Part shown: positions 10,757 to 22,201 of the stretch, piece by piece
Numbering within the stretch: position 1 is the first letter of the stretch
How the letters are laid out: every line of letters starts with the position of its first letter
NCBI GenBank assembly: GCA_016765685.1
Contig: JAESPR010000125.1
Span: 11,844 to 75,843 of the forward strand
Length of the DNA: 64,000 nucleotides
Direction: 5' to 3'
Origin: Colwellia sp.
GTDB lineage: Bacteria; Pseudomonadota; Gammaproteobacteria; Enterobacterales; Alteromonadaceae
Translations under genes and position numbers: made by a program
The notes under the pieces: model-generated
The model's database searches: none
What the model saw: the letters and a program-made list of their open reading frames with translations, nothing else
What the model was told of the DNA's origin: nothing

Positions 10757-11663
10757 GCCAAGTGCATCGGCATGTTGTTTTATTAGGCGGCGTAGCCGGT
10801 GTTGAGTGAGAGATATTAGGTAGGACAAAAACAGGAGGGCTTTGCGTTGACAAAACAGTGACAGCATCACCTTGCTTTATTTTTCCATAAGTTAAGGGGA
10901 TTAAATTCTGCCCAAACAACACTTCACCATCATGGTTTTGTCGAAAAGTTTTTAAGGTTCGTAAAGGTTCAAGCTCAGGGTGTGTTTGGCCATTATCAGG
11001 GTTTACCGTGGTGAAAATACAACGTTCACACGGTTTACTAACGTTAAATTCAACCTCACCAATGCGAATATGCTGCCAGCCATCTTCGGCAAATGGCAGC
11101 GTGTTATCAACCACAATATTAGGTCGAAAATGAGCCATTGAAATGATTTGTTGATGATTGTTTTTAAGGCGAGAGTTGAGCTCGTTTAGTGATGCTTGAG
11201 AAATTAGCAGAAGCGGATAACCATCAGCAAAAGCAACTCTTCTCGCTTTCTCGGTATTTGCTTTTTTTTCACGGTGTGATTTAGCGCCAAAAAACAATAG
11301 CTGGCATGGACGTTGTAAGTACTCACTAAACCACGCGTTAGCTTTGTTCGAGCAAAGTTGCCCTGAGATTTCATCTGCCCAAACAGTGACGGTTTGGTAT
11401 TGATTGCTGAATTCATCATACGATAGTGTTAATGCAGGCATATTCGCTGCAAACACTTCTATTCCATGCCCAGTAAGATTAGTTTGCACTAAACATAACT
11501 TTGGCTCTGTTCTGGCGGTGATAACTTGGCCATAAGTATCACTAACAACAAAACGCCGATCAAAAGCTAAGCCCAATTCATCAACATTTGCATGAGATAT
11601 CTTGATTCCAGCAGTCGATTTAATAGGGTAAATATGTAGGCTGCTAATTTTTACTACTGACAT
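10743..11663 (-). pseudogene. ycbX: MOSC N-terminal + MOSC domains of YcbX, truncated by the IS1595 element
   Basis: IYPIKS, FDRRF, FADGYPLL, FRPNIVV, KPCERC, LFGQNL; the last 10 codons come from the IS right end. Confidence 0.88.
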
Positions 11664-11774
11664 GTGTGATCCATTTGAGTGAATTTTCTATCTTGGCAAG
11701 GATTTTACGACTAAGTATTGGTTATTAAGGTATATTAACTTCATTCATCTTTCATTCTATTTAAGTGCTTTTTC

Positions 11775-13142
11775 TTGCTAATGACAAATAAAATTCTACA
11801 TTTACACATACTTGGTATTTGCGGCACCTTTATGGGCGGTATTGCTGCGTTAGCAAAAGAACTAGGTTTTCGTGTTACCGGTTGTGATGCCCATGTTTAT
11901 CCGCCGATGAGTACTCAGCTTGAGCAACTTGGTATTGAATTAAAACAAGGTTATCAAACCCAGCACTTTGATGATGAGCCTGATTTAGTGATTGTTGGCA
12001 ATGCTATGTCGCGGGGTAATGTGATGGTGGAACATATGCTTGATCGCAATATCCCCTACATTTCAGGGCCACAATGGCTGTTAGAGAATGTGCTAAAAGA
12101 TCGTTGGGTTATTGCGGTTTCAGGCACTCATGGTAAAACCACCACTAGTTCTATGATTGCGTGGATATTGCAATACGCAAAAATGGCACCGGGTTATTTA
12201 ATTGGCGGTATACCACAAAATTTCGATAACTCTGCTCGCTTAGGTAAGGCGCCGTTTTTTGTTATCGAAGCCGATGAATACGATACCGCCTTTTTTGATA
12301 AGCGCTCCAAGTTTGTTCATTATCGTCCTAGCACCTTAGTGATCAACAATTTAGAATTTGATCACGGTGATATTTTTGATGACTTAACTGATATTCAACG
12401 TCAGTTTCACCATCTTATTCGCATAGTGCCAAGCAATGGTTTGATCTTATCACCAAAAAATGAGACCGCCATTAATGAAACCTTAGCCATGGGATGTTGG
12501 ACTCCAACTGAACAAAGTGATTGTACACTGGGCTGGCAAGCGCAAAAATTGATTGCTGATGGTAGTGAGTTTAAGGTCACTTTTAAGGGGGATGAGCAAG
12601 GTACAGTTAAGTGGGCACTCATTGGCGATTTTAATATTGATAATGGTTTGATGGCCATTGCCGCTGCTCGTCATGCGGGTGTACCTAGTGCGATAGCAAT
12701 TGCAGCATTAGCTGAGTTTGTTAATACCAAAAGACGTCTAGAGTTACGCGGTACGGTTAACAATATACGTGTTTTTGATGATTTCGCTCATCACCCTACC
12801 GCAATTGCTAAAACCCTTGCTGGCGTTAGAGCCAATGTGGGTGATAAACGTATACTGGCGGTATTAGAGCCAAGATCAAATACTATGAAGTCAGGTGTTC
12901 ATAAAAATGTCCTGCCTTTGTCATTACAATTGGCTGATCTCGTTTTTGTTTATCAAGGGGATGAGCTAAAATGGTCGGTAAGTGACTTGATTGAACAATG
13001 TCAGCAATCTTGTGTTGTTGAAGATAACATAAACCTATTAGTCGACAGAATTAGCGAGCAAGCACAAGCAGGCGATACCATTGTGGTAATGAGCAATGGT
13101 GGTTTTGACGGAATTCATCAACGTATTTTAGCGCAACTTTAA
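11775..13142 (+). CDS. mpl: murein peptide ligase Mpl
   Basis: [54 protein letters not shown]; true start probably ATG 11781. Confidence 0.95.
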   Translation: MLMTNKILHLHILGICGTFMGGIAALAKELGFRVTGCDAHVYPPMSTQLEQLGIELKQGYQTQHFDDEPDLVIVGNAMSRGNVMVEHMLDRNIPYISGPQWLLENVLKDRWVIAVSGTHGKTTTSSMIAWILQYAKMAPGYLIGGIPQNFDNSARLGKAPFFVIEADEYDTAFFDKRSKFVHYRPSTLVINNLEFDHGDIFDDLTDIQRQFHHLIRIVPSNGLILSPKNETAINETLAMGCWTPTEQSDCTLGWQAQKLIADGSEFKVTFKGDEQGTVKWALIGDFNIDNGLMAIAAARHAGVPSAIAIAALAEFVNTKRRLELRGTVNNIRVFDDFAHHPTAIAKTLAGVRANVGDKRILAVLEPRSNTMKSGVHKNVLPLSLQLADLVFVYQGDELKWSVSDLIEQCQQSCVVEDNINLLVDRISEQAQAGDTIVVMSNGGFDGIHQRILAQL

Positions 13143-13161
13143 TGATTGTATAGGAAAAAAA

Positions 13162-13791
13162 TTGTCTCAATTTAAACAAAAAATAACACTAGCTATTACC
13201 GGTGCTTCTGGCTCCGTTTATGCTTTACGACTACTTGAATGCCTTGTTGTTGCAAATTATCAAGTGTATTTATTGTGCTCAAGTGCGGGACGAATAGTAC
13301 TTGATACCGAGCTTGGTTTTAAACTACCAGCATCGCCTGACGTTGCCGGTGATGTATTAATGAAAAAATTTAAAACTAAAGCCGAGCAAATAAAAGTGTT
13401 TGGTAAAGAACAGTGGTTTTCGCCCGTAGCATCAGGCTCTGCTGCGCCAAAACAAATGGTGGTGTGCCCATGCTCAACAGGAACATTAGCAGCTATCAGC
13501 CAAGGCATGAGCGATAATTTAATTGAACGTGCCGCCGATGTGGTGATTAAAGAGCGCGGTCAGCTTATTTTAGTGGTTAGAGAAACACCTTTTTCTACTA
13601 TTCATTTAACGAATATGCTGAGTTTATCACAGCAAGGGGTGACCATAATGCCGGCTGCACCGGGCTTTTATCACAACCCTGAGTCGATTAATGACTTAGT
13701 TGATTTTATGGTTGGCCGTGTTTTAGATCATTTAGGCATTGAACAAAATATTATGCCGCGCTGGGGTTATCACTCTACCGATAAAAATTAA
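13162..13791 (+). CDS. ubiX: flavin prenyltransferase UbiX
   Basis: [35 protein letters not shown]. Confidence 0.92.
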   Translation: MSQFKQKITLAITGASGSVYALRLLECLVVANYQVYLLCSSAGRIVLDTELGFKLPASPDVAGDVLMKKFKTKAEQIKVFGKEQWFSPVASGSAAPKQMVVCPCSTGTLAAISQGMSDNLIERAADVVIKERGQLILVVRETPFSTIHLTNMLSLSQQGVTIMPAAPGFYHNPESINDLVDFMVGRVLDHLGIEQNIMPRWGYHSTDKN

Positions 13792-13932
13792 CCACTTACC
13801 GCATATTTCTTCATTTCCATACTATATTATGTTCTATTGTAATAACTGGTTTAATGTTTGTGTGTTCACTTAACAAGTGGTTAGCTACGCATAAAAAATT
13901 CAAAACTAAATAACTCCCAAAAGGTACTAAGA

Positions 13933-16900
13933 ATGTCTCGATTGTTCCCCTCTATTGCCATGTTTACTATTAGTTTAGCGTTGGTTTTTTCAGCCAATAT
14001 ACTCGCTAAAGAAGTCTCTGGTAAATTATCAGAAAATAAAAAAGAAGAGCCCGTTAAATGGTCAGTAAACGAACCTCAAGGTGAATTTTCAGATGCTACT
14101 ATCGATGTAACCACCGGCACTTGGATGAATATTGATGTTAGTCCTGATGGCAAAACCGTTGTTTTTGACTTATTAGGCGACATTTACACATTGCCCATTA
14201 GTGGCGGTGAAGCGACTGCATTGATGACCGATATTGCCTGGCAAATGCAGCCGCGTTTTAGCCCAGACGGTAAACATATTGCTTTTACGTCGGATGAAGA
14301 TGGTGGCGATAATTTATGGATAATGAATGCTGACGGTAGCAATGCTAAAGCGGTATCTTCGGAAACTTTTCGTTTGCTTAATAGCCCAGCATGGTCTCCT
14401 GATGGCAATTATTTAGTGGGGCGTAAACACTATACTGGTTCTCGTTCTTTAGGTGCGGGTGAAGTGTGGCTGTACCATAAAACGGGCGGCAGTGGGGTTA
14501 TGCTTACCAAAAGACCCAATGAACAAAAAGATTTAGGTGAGCCTGTTTTTTCGCCCGATGGCAAGCACGTTTATTTTTCTCAAGATGCGACACCGGGAAA
14601 AACCTTTCATTACTCAAAAGACTCAGAAAAGGGCATTTATAAAATTAAACGCCTTGAGTTAGCAACGGGCAAAATTGAAGTGATTATTTCAGGTAAAGGC
14701 GGTGCCATTCGTCCTACACCATCGCCCGATGGTAAGTCCTTAGCTTTTATTAGCCGCGATGATTTTAGCTCAAACCTTTATATATATGACCTTGCTAGCG
14801 GTGAAAAAACTAAAGTATATAACGACTTAGAGCGTGACATGCAAGAAACGTGGGCAATTCATGGGGTTTATCCAACCATGGCTTGGTTACCTAATAGTAA
14901 AAGTTTACTATTTTGGGATGACGGTAAAATCAATCAGCTTGATTTAAAAAGCAAAAAATCAAAAGTAATTGCTTTTCACGTTAAAACCACTAAAAAAATT
15001 CAACAAGCATTACGTTTTAAACAACATATTGATCAAGACAGCTTTGACGTAAAAATGCTACGTGATGTTGAAATATCTCCCGATGGCAAAAAAGTGGTTT
15101 ATGAATCAATGGGGTATGTTTATATTCGCAGCATTTCAAAAGGTAAAGCGACGGGTAAAGCAAAACGTTTAACCAAACAGAAAAAACACTTTGAACTTAA
15201 CCCTAGCTTTTCGCGTGATGGTAAAAAAATTGTTTATGCAACATGGAGCGACAAAGGTTTAGGACAGCTTCGCGTGGTTTCAAGTCGTGGTGGTAAAGGT
15301 AAAAAATTATTAAAGGAGCCAGGCAAGTATATCGAACCGAGTTTTTCTCCTGATGGTAAAACGGTAGTCTATCGTAAAATTGCAGGCGGTTATATTACCG
15401 ACCCTAAATGGGGTTTAAATACCGGTATTTACGCGGTTGCTGCGAAAGGTTTATCAAAAGGAGACAAAGCTAAATTAGTAACAAAAACCGGTATTAATCC
15501 TCACTTTGGCGCAAGCAATGACCGTATTTATGTTGTACGCAGTGGAGAAAAGCCAAATTTAGCGCGTGTTGATCTTGATGGTCAGCATGATACCACCTTA
15601 TATCAAGGTAAATTTGCGACTGAATATCAAGTATCACCTAATGGTAAATATTTAGCTTTTGCCGAACGCTTTAAAGTGTTTGTTACCCCACTGGTTGAAC
15701 GCGGTGCGGTGATCGATATAGGTCCTAAAAGTAAAAACTTCCCGGTTAAACAATTATCAACGCGTGCGGGTGAAGGCATTAACTGGAATGGTAAGTCGAA
15801 TAAACTGTATTGGAGTTTAGGGTCGGATTTATATCAAGCCCGCGTTGATGACTTATTTGAAATCACCGCTAAAAGTGATGATTCGGATGATAAGTCTGAA
15901 AAAACGGGGACAGAAAATCCAATAACGACACTTTCTTTGTCTTACAAAAAAGCGGTCGATAAACCTGCTGGCATAGTCGCATTTGTTGGCGGTAAAGTTA
16001 TTACCATGGAAGGTAATCACGGTGAACAAATTATTGAAAATGGTGTTGTTATTGTTGAAGGTAATGTGATCAAAGCGGTTGGAGTTAATGGGCAAGTTGA
16101 TATACCTAGTTCAGCCAAAATCATTGATATTACGGGTAAAAGTATTATGCCGGGCTTGATTGATGCTCATGCTCATGGCCCACAGGGCAGTAGTGAAATT
16201 ATTCCCCAACAAAACTGGAAAAACTATGCTGGCTTAGCGTTAGGTGTTACTACCATTCATGATCCATCAAATGATACTAGTTCTTTTTTTGCCGCCAGTG
16301 AAATGCAAAAATCTGGCGATATTGTCGCGGCACGTTTATTCTCTACCGGCACCATTTTATACGGTGCAACAGTAGCGGGTTATACCGCCCATGTTGATAA
16401 TTTAGACGATGCTAAGTTTCATGTTGAACGTTTGAAAAAAGTCGGTGCCTTTAGTGTTAAAAGTTATAACCAACCGCGTAGAAATCAACGTCAGCAATTT
16501 GTTCAAGCAGCACGTGAGTTAGAAATGTTGGTGGTGCCAGAAGGTGGTTCACTATTACAGCATAACTTAACCATGTTAGTTGATGGCCACACTACATTAG
16601 AGCATTCTATTGCGACCGCTAAAATTTACGATGATATTAAGCAGCTATGGTCACAATCTGAGATGGCATATACGCCAACTATGGGTGTTGCTTATGGTGG
16701 TATTTCGGGTGAGCATTATTGGTACGATACTACCGATGTTTGGTTACACCCGCGTTTAAGCAAATATGTACCCAGTGACATTTTAAATACCCGTTCAATG
16801 CGTAGAACCAAAGCGCCACAGCATCATTACAATCACATTAACGTTGCTAAAGTCGCTAAAGAAATGCAGGACTTAGGTATTAGAGTGAATTCGGGTGCTC

Positions 16901-17217
16901 ATGGTCAACGTGAAGGTTTGGCCATGCACTGGGAAATGTGGATGATGGCACAAGGCGGCATGACACCACTACAAGCTATTCGTACTGCCACTATATCACC
17001 CGCACAAACCTTAGGGTTAGATGATCAACTTGGCTCAATAAAAGTAGGTAAACTTGCCGATTTAATTGTGATTGATGGCGACGTTGCTAGTGATATTCGG
17101 GTCAGCGATAAAGTAACTTATACCATGATTAATGGCCGTTTATATAATGCCCAAACGATGAATGAAATTGGCAATTACGATAACAAACGTGTGCCGTTTT
17201 ATTTTGAGGATAAATAA
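13933..17217 (+). CDS. exported amidohydrolase with N-terminal TolB/PD40 beta-propeller repeats
   Basis: Signal peptide, repeated P.(F/W)SPDGK motifs, PGLIDAHAH metal site, GSIKVGKLADL. Confidence 0.88.
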   Translation: MSRLFPSIAMFTISLALVFSANILAKEVSGKLSENKKEEPVKWSVNEPQGEFSDATIDVTTGTWMNIDVSPDGKTVVFDLLGDIYTLPISGGEATALMTDIAWQMQPRFSPDGKHIAFTSDEDGGDNLWIMNADGSNAKAVSSETFRLLNSPAWSPDGNYLVGRKHYTGSRSLGAGEVWLYHKTGGSGVMLTKRPNEQKDLGEPVFSPDGKHVYFSQDATPGKTFHYSKDSEKGIYKIKRLELATGKIEVIISGKGGAIRPTPSPDGKSLAFISRDDFSSNLYIYDLASGEKTKVYNDLERDMQETWAIHGVYPTMAWLPNSKSLLFWDDGKINQLDLKSKKSKVIAFHVKTTKKIQQALRFKQHIDQDSFDVKMLRDVEISPDGKKVVYESMGYVYIRSISKGKATGKAKRLTKQKKHFELNPSFSRDGKKIVYATWSDKGLGQLRVVSSRGGKGKKLLKEPGKYIEPSFSPDGKTVVYRKIAGGYITDPKWGLNTGIYAVAAKGLSKGDKAKLVTKTGINPHFGASNDRIYVVRSGEKPNLARVDLDGQHDTTLYQGKFATEYQVSPNGKYLAFAERFKVFVTPLVERGAVIDIGPKSKNFPVKQLSTRAGEGINWNGKSNKLYWSLGSDLYQARVDDLFEITAKSDDSDDKSEKTGTENPITTLSLSYKKAVDKPAGIVAFVGGKVITMEGNHGEQIIENGVVIVEGNVIKAVGVNGQVDIPSSAKIIDITGKSIMPGLIDAHAHGPQGSSEIIPQQNWKNYAGLALGVTTIHDPSNDTSSFFAASEMQKSGDIVAARLFSTGTILYGATVAGYTAHVDNLDDAKFHVERLKKVGAFSVKSYNQPRRNQRQQFVQAARELEMLVVPEGGSLLQHNLTMLVDGHTTLEHSIATAKIYDDIKQLWSQSEMAYTPTMGVAYGGISGEHYWYDTTDVWLHPRLSKYVPSDILNTRSMRRTKAPQHHYNHINVAKVAKEMQDLGIRVNSGAHGQREGLAMHWEMWMMAQGGMTPLQAIRTATISPAQTLGLDDQLGSIKVGKLADLIVIDGDVASDIRVSDKVTYTMINGRLYNAQTMNEIGNYDNKRVPFYFEDK

Positions 17218-17261
17218 AGAGTGAGTGTTCACTTGCTAGTCATGCAGGTTTTATAAGGTAA

Positions 17262-17301
17262 CTGTTTAGGCTTGGGCATATGCCCAAGTCAGCTTAAACA
17301 G
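17262..17301. repeat. intergenic palindrome (terminator or REP-like)
   Basis: CTGTTTAGGCTTGGGCATATGCCCAAGTCAGCTTAAACAG. Confidence 0.45.
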
Positions 17302-17481
17302 AATCATGTAGTTTGAAGTGGTTTGGGTATAGATAGCGAGTATTGCTGTACAACACTAAGCTTTTTCATTAGGCTATAATTCACTTTGTGGGCGAGTCTA
17401 TTGATGGCTGTTGCTTATAATCTCACATTACTCACATGGTTGGTCTATATGGATTGTTGTAAAGGTGCTGTTTCCTTTTCT

Positions 17482-19080
17482 ATGGCGGGTATTAATAATG
17501 CTCATGGACAAGCACTCTCTTATTTTTGGTTAGTTGTTTTTTATTCTTTTTTGCCTTCACCTGTCTTTGCCGCTGAGAATACCTTGATGTCATCGGTTAG
17601 CATTACTGCTTTTTTATTTGGTTTAAGTCTGCCTGTTTTCGCCTTTGTTGTTTGGAAATTGCAGCGTAAATTTTTTAAACGACATACCGTATCATCACCG
17701 GTTCAACTAGTCTCTCAAGAAGATCTTTTCAGTTATACTCATGATTTAGCTACTAATTTACCCACAGCTCAGCATGCGTTAAAACAATTTGACCAAGCAT
17801 TGAAAGCATCTAAAAATGCAAAAATGGCGGCTGTCGTATTTAAACCTATTAATTTTCAACAGGTAAACACTGTTTTAGGGCATCATAACTCTGATATTTT
17901 ATTATTACAGTTGGCCTTTCATCTGAAAAAAAATGTTAGGGATAATATAAGCTTACTAAATTTTGATCATAGTCCCGAAGCCGTGAGGTTAGCTCGATTA
18001 CAAGGTTTAGATTTTTTGGTGGTTTTTGATTTGTCTACCAGCACACATGATAGCAAAAACGTTATTGATAATTTATGTCAACAGCTTGCAAAATCGGTTC
18101 CTAATGCGATGAGCTTCAAGAGTTTTTCTCTTAATTTCGAATTGGCTTTTGGCATTGCGATTAGTGGTGAAAATGGCAACAGTGTTGAGGAGATAGTATC
18201 TCACGCAACGGATGCGTTGTTAAAAGGCATTGCCAGTGAGCAAACCGTGCAGTATTTTGATAATGATGCCGTTTTGTATACCGAGCAACAACTCGGTTTA
18301 ATGGAGCGTTTGCGCCAAGATATATTAGCAGAAGAATTACGGTGGTATTTGCAGCCCCAAGTTAATATTAATGATAAATCTATTATTGGGTTTGAATTAA
18401 AAGTGCATTGGTATGCGAACGCAGATCAGCCGTTAGAATTGTTTGAGTTTATTGATTTAGCTGAGCACAGTGGTGAGGTTTACTCTTTAACAAAACAAAT
18501 GTTTAAACAAGCCTTTGCCGCTTTATTTGCTATACACAAACTTGGTGTATATCAAAGAGTATCAGTTAACCTTTCCAGCAAAAATTTACTTGAAGTAGAT
18601 CTCGTGGATTTCATTGAACAGCAAATGAAAAAATATCATATTGCGGGTAAATACTTAATGATAGAGCTAAACGAGCAGGTGATGCTGGGTGCCTGTCAGC
18701 GAGCTAAAAGTACCATTGACCAATTAAAATCATTAGACGTTACCATTGCCATTGATAATTTCTCTGGTAGTTATGAGTCTTTGCGTTATTTACGTAAAAT
18801 GGCTATTCATCAAGTGAAAATAAACTGTCATGAATTAGGAAGTCGTGAAGATAACCGAGCAGACAAGGCGATCATTAATGCCTTAATTACCTTAACTCGT
18901 AGTATGGAATTACCGTTAATTGGCACTAATATAGATAAACACGAAACCGCTAATAGCTTTATAGCTATGGGAGGCAGCTTAGTGCAAGGCAATATTATTA
19001 ATCAGGGGGTCGTTCCTGATGAAATAGAAATATGGCTCACTAAATGGTTGGCTCAACACCCACAAGCTAAGCATATCTAA
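17482..19080 (+). CDS. membrane-anchored degenerate GGDEF-EAL protein
   Basis: HDLATNLP and FQQVNTVLGHHNSDILL (GGDEF scaffold, active site QGLDF); YLQPQV and IDNFSG (EAL scaffold, motif ELK). Start uncertain (track gives 17386). Confidence 0.8.
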   Translation: MAGINNAHGQALSYFWLVVFYSFLPSPVFAAENTLMSSVSITAFLFGLSLPVFAFVVWKLQRKFFKRHTVSSPVQLVSQEDLFSYTHDLATNLPTAQHALKQFDQALKASKNAKMAAVVFKPINFQQVNTVLGHHNSDILLLQLAFHLKKNVRDNISLLNFDHSPEAVRLARLQGLDFLVVFDLSTSTHDSKNVIDNLCQQLAKSVPNAMSFKSFSLNFELAFGIAISGENGNSVEEIVSHATDALLKGIASEQTVQYFDNDAVLYTEQQLGLMERLRQDILAEELRWYLQPQVNINDKSIIGFELKVHWYANADQPLELFEFIDLAEHSGEVYSLTKQMFKQAFAALFAIHKLGVYQRVSVNLSSKNLLEVDLVDFIEQQMKKYHIAGKYLMIELNEQVMLGACQRAKSTIDQLKSLDVTIAIDNFSGSYESLRYLRKMAIHQVKINCHELGSREDNRADKAIINALITLTRSMELPLIGTNIDKHETANSFIAMGGSLVQGNIINQGVVPDEIEIWLTKWLAQHPQAKHI

Positions 19081-19097
19081 CCGTAGGTTATTTATTT

Positions 19098-19592
19098 TTA
19101 TTCAATATCTAATGGTTCAGGTGATAAAATAATACCGGTATTATCTGCGTAAATATGATCGTCAGGTAAGATAGTAACTCCAGCAAAGTTAATAGCAATA
19201 TCGCTTTCGCCAAATTCATTATCGTTAGCACCAACGGGAATAGCGACTAAACCTTGAATACCTAATTCTACTTCTTCTATCGCATCTACATCACGAACGC
19301 TACCGTAACAAACAATACCTTCCCAACCATTGTTTGCTGCAGTTTCAGCAATATTAATATCAATTAATGCCCGTCTAGTAGAGCCGCCGCCATCGATAAC
19401 TAGCACTTTACTTTTACCGTCTGTTGCGACTATTTTTTCAATTAATCCTGTGCTTTCGAAACATTTTATGGTGACAACTTTACCGCCAAAAGAATGTCGA
19501 CCGCCATAATTACTAAAAATAGGATCAACGACATCCACTAAGTCTGCATAGGTATCACACAATTGTGAGGTATCATATTCCATGAGGATCAT
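19098..19592 (-). CDS. rraA: ribonuclease E activity regulator RraA
   Basis: [40 protein letters not shown]. Confidence 0.92.
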   Translation of the reverse strand: MILMEYDTSQLCDTYADLVDVVDPIFSNYGGRHSFGGKVVTIKCFESTGLIEKIVATDGKSKVLVIDGGGSTRRALIDINIAETAANNGWEGIVCYGSVRDVDAIEEVELGIQGLVAIPVGANDNEFGESDIAINFAGVTILPDDHIYADNTGIILSPEPLDIE

Positions 19593-19681
19593 CTTTAATT
19601 TAGAATGAAAGTTAGCCTTAGTATAACTTGTTGTAATAAAAATAAAATAGTGACTTGTATTTTCGTGTAAAAATCTCTTTA

Positions 19682-19874
19682 ATTGATATCAAACAGTTTA
19701 AATTTATTAATGATACTTATGGTTTGAAAGCGGGCACTTGCTGAAGGAGTTGACAATAGAGACCAACTAAATGTGCTTCGTAATTTAGGTTGCGATGCCA
19801 TGCAAAGTTTTTTTATCAACAAACCATTATCGGAAGAAAAACAGCCAACCTATCTTGCCAGAAAAGCTCATTAA
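19682..19874 (+). pseudogene. collapsed GGDEF-EAL gene remnant
   Basis: [18 protein letters not shown] (GGDEF start) joined out of frame to LAEGVDNRDQLNVLRNLGCDAMQSFFINKPL (EAL end). Confidence 0.75.
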
Positions 19875-19960
19875 TATAATCGTACCCATTTCAAATTTCT
19901 ATCTATACTTAATCTCATTGTTGTCATTCTTTACTGTTATTTAACATTAGGTTCCTTATT

Positions 19961-21820
19961 ATGCTGATCAAACATAAATTAATTGCTAATACGGGTATAT
20001 TGATACTTGCAATGGTCTTGATGCTAGGGTTGCTAACTTATGCTAGTAACGCTTTGCAGCGTGATATTGATGTTGCCATTTATATTGGTAACATAGAAAG
20101 CTCAGTATTGCAGTTAAGGCGTAATGAAAAAGATTTTTTGGCCCGTAAAGATCTTAAGTATCTTGATAAATTTGAAAAAAATATGCAGACACTGAAAAAG
20201 CAAGTTATCTTGTTGCAACAAGGTTTTGCAAGCTCAGGGTTAACTTTAAATGAATTTTCTGCGATGCAATCCATTTTAATTAAATATAATCAACATTTTA
20301 AAAGTTTAGTAACCATGCAGCAGCGCATAGGTTTACATGCTAAGGATGGTTTGTATGGCAAGCTAAGAAACGCAGTACACGACGTTGAAGATTTAATTGG
20401 TAATGATAATTTTAAACTGCGCAGCGAAATGTTACAGCTAAGGCGCAATGAAAAAGATTTCATGTTACGACTTGATGACAAGTATGTCGATCGTTTGACG
20501 AGTAATGTTGCCAAACTTATTGCTAGTACCAATAGTAGTGATTTTTTGTCCGATAAAAAAGCCCAAATAATAACTTATATAGACAGTTATGAAACCGCTT
20601 TTTTAAATTTAGTTGCTGCGCAGCAGCAGTTAGGTTATCACGCCAAAATGGGTTTGCTGGGCGAAATGAGAGCAACGGTTCATCAAGCAGATGGCATTCT
20701 TGAAAAGTTAGTTCGCAAAAGTCAGCAAGTTGTTATTGAAGATACTGGTTTTGTTAAAACTATGTCTTATAGCTTGTTTGTTGTTGTGCTTGTTGGTGGT
20801 GTGTTTTTAGCTTGGGTAATTAGTAACAACATTTTAAGCCGAATTACCGAGTTGAAAAAAGTAATGGAACATATTGCCACAACGAATGATTTAACAACCA
20901 ATGTTGCGGTTAATGGTGCAGACGAATTGACCGATATGGCCAGTGTTTTTAATCAAATGTTAACTAGTTTTAGGCGCTTAATTGTTGAAGTCAACAGCTC
21001 TGTTAGCACCCTTAATTCAGCAACAGACAGTTTGAGTGAAAATATTCATAATGCTAATGAGGGGGTAGAAACCCAAATGCATCAAACGGATATGGTCACA
21101 ACTGCGGTAACTGAAATGGTGGCAACGGTTGATGAAATTGCCAATAATACTCGAGACGCTGCGCAAAAAGCCGAAACAACCAACCTCAATGCGGAAAAGG
21201 GAAAACAGGGCGTTGAGCAAACCATTAGCCAAATTGCTAATTTATCAGAAAAATTACTCGACTCTGAAAATGTGGTCAAAGAGTTAGAAAAAGAAAGCAT
21301 TACTATTGCTTCGGTACTTGGTGTTATTCGCGGCATAGCCGATCAAACTAATTTACTGGCGTTAAATGCGGCGATTGAAGCCGCAAGGGCAGGGGAACAA
21401 GGTCGTGGTTTTGCTGTGGTAGCCGATGAAGTCAGAACATTAGCCAGTAGAACGCAAGATTCAACGCAAGAAATTGAAACCATTATTGGCTTATTACAAA
21501 ATCGTACCCAAGAAATTGTTAAATTAATGGCAACCTGTCGAGATCAAGGTGAAGAAAGTGCTCAGCAAGCGAGCTCAGCAGGCGCTATGTTAGAAGAAAT
21601 AGCACAAGATGTATCATTAATTATGGAGATGAGTAGCGCAATAGCTAGCGCTATTCAGGAGCAAACCACGGTTGCTGCTGAAGTAAATGAACATGTGGTG
21701 ATGATTCGAGATGTTACCGAGCAATCAGGGGTGTCGGCTAAACAAAATGAGCATATGAGTGAGGAAATTTCACAGCAAGCGCAAGTACTTCATAATGAAG
21801 TAAGTCGCTTTATCGTTTAA
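19961..21820 (+). CDS. methyl-accepting chemotaxis protein
   Basis: Two TM helices, duplicated [10 protein letters not shown] sensor motif, [38 protein letters not shown]. Confidence 0.95.
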   Translation: MLIKHKLIANTGILILAMVLMLGLLTYASNALQRDIDVAIYIGNIESSVLQLRRNEKDFLARKDLKYLDKFEKNMQTLKKQVILLQQGFASSGLTLNEFSAMQSILIKYNQHFKSLVTMQQRIGLHAKDGLYGKLRNAVHDVEDLIGNDNFKLRSEMLQLRRNEKDFMLRLDDKYVDRLTSNVAKLIASTNSSDFLSDKKAQIITYIDSYETAFLNLVAAQQQLGYHAKMGLLGEMRATVHQADGILEKLVRKSQQVVIEDTGFVKTMSYSLFVVVLVGGVFLAWVISNNILSRITELKKVMEHIATTNDLTTNVAVNGADELTDMASVFNQMLTSFRRLIVEVNSSVSTLNSATDSLSENIHNANEGVETQMHQTDMVTTAVTEMVATVDEIANNTRDAAQKAETTNLNAEKGKQGVEQTISQIANLSEKLLDSENVVKELEKESITIASVLGVIRGIADQTNLLALNAAIEAARAGEQGRGFAVVADEVRTLASRTQDSTQEIETIIGLLQNRTQEIVKLMATCRDQGEESAQQASSAGAMLEEIAQDVSLIMEMSSAIASAIQEQTTVAAEVNEHVVMIRDVTEQSGVSAKQNEHMSEEISQQAQVLHNEVSRFIV

Positions 21821-21823
21821 ACA

Positions 21824-22183
21824 CTAAAGCTGAGTAATGTTTATCATCGCCTCACGAGAATGACCTGAGGTTTGCAACTCAGTTAAATAGTGTTGCCATC
21901 GTTGATCATGCTCTTTTATCAATAAAGCGATATATTCAGTCGAATAAATCGCACTGTGTTGATCATCAAAAATGAAACGATAACCATGTTTGCCGATATT
22001 TTCTATCGCATTCAACCTGACCAATTTTTTATGGGTTACTAAGGGGGCTGGTTTCGAAGCATTATTAATTGAGGGCGTAAAAACGCGTAGATATTCAAAA
22101 GTCAAAGTAGTAGCCTTACTTTTAACAACGTTAATAATAAGGCTTTTTTCACTGTGATTAATGATAAATTTTTTTATGCTCAT
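21824..22183 (-). CDS. DUF971 / gamma-butyrobetaine hydroxylase-like N-terminal domain protein
   Basis: LTFEYLRVFTP, IENIGKHGYRFIFDDQHSAIYS; downstream of hslU. Confidence 0.78.
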   Translation of the reverse strand: MSIKKFIINHSEKSLIINVVKSKATTLTFEYLRVFTPSINNASKPAPLVTHKKLVRLNAIENIGKHGYRFIFDDQHSAIYSTEYIALLIKEHDQRWQHYLTELQTSGHSREAMINITQL

Positions 22184-22201
22184 AAGTACTAAATCAACTC
22201 A

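Larger units (their letters stand above)
6329..10774 (+). mobile_element. IS1595-family element with passenger DNA (4,446 bp) inserted in ycbX
   Basis: Left end CGTGCCTATATACTTTACTCAGGA (6329-6352) vs reverse-complemented right end CATGCCGATGCACTTGGCTCAGGA (10751-10774), 18/24 identical; TTGTTTTA duplicated at 6321-6328 and 10775-10782; IS1595 transposase remnant abuts the right end. Confidence 0.88.
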
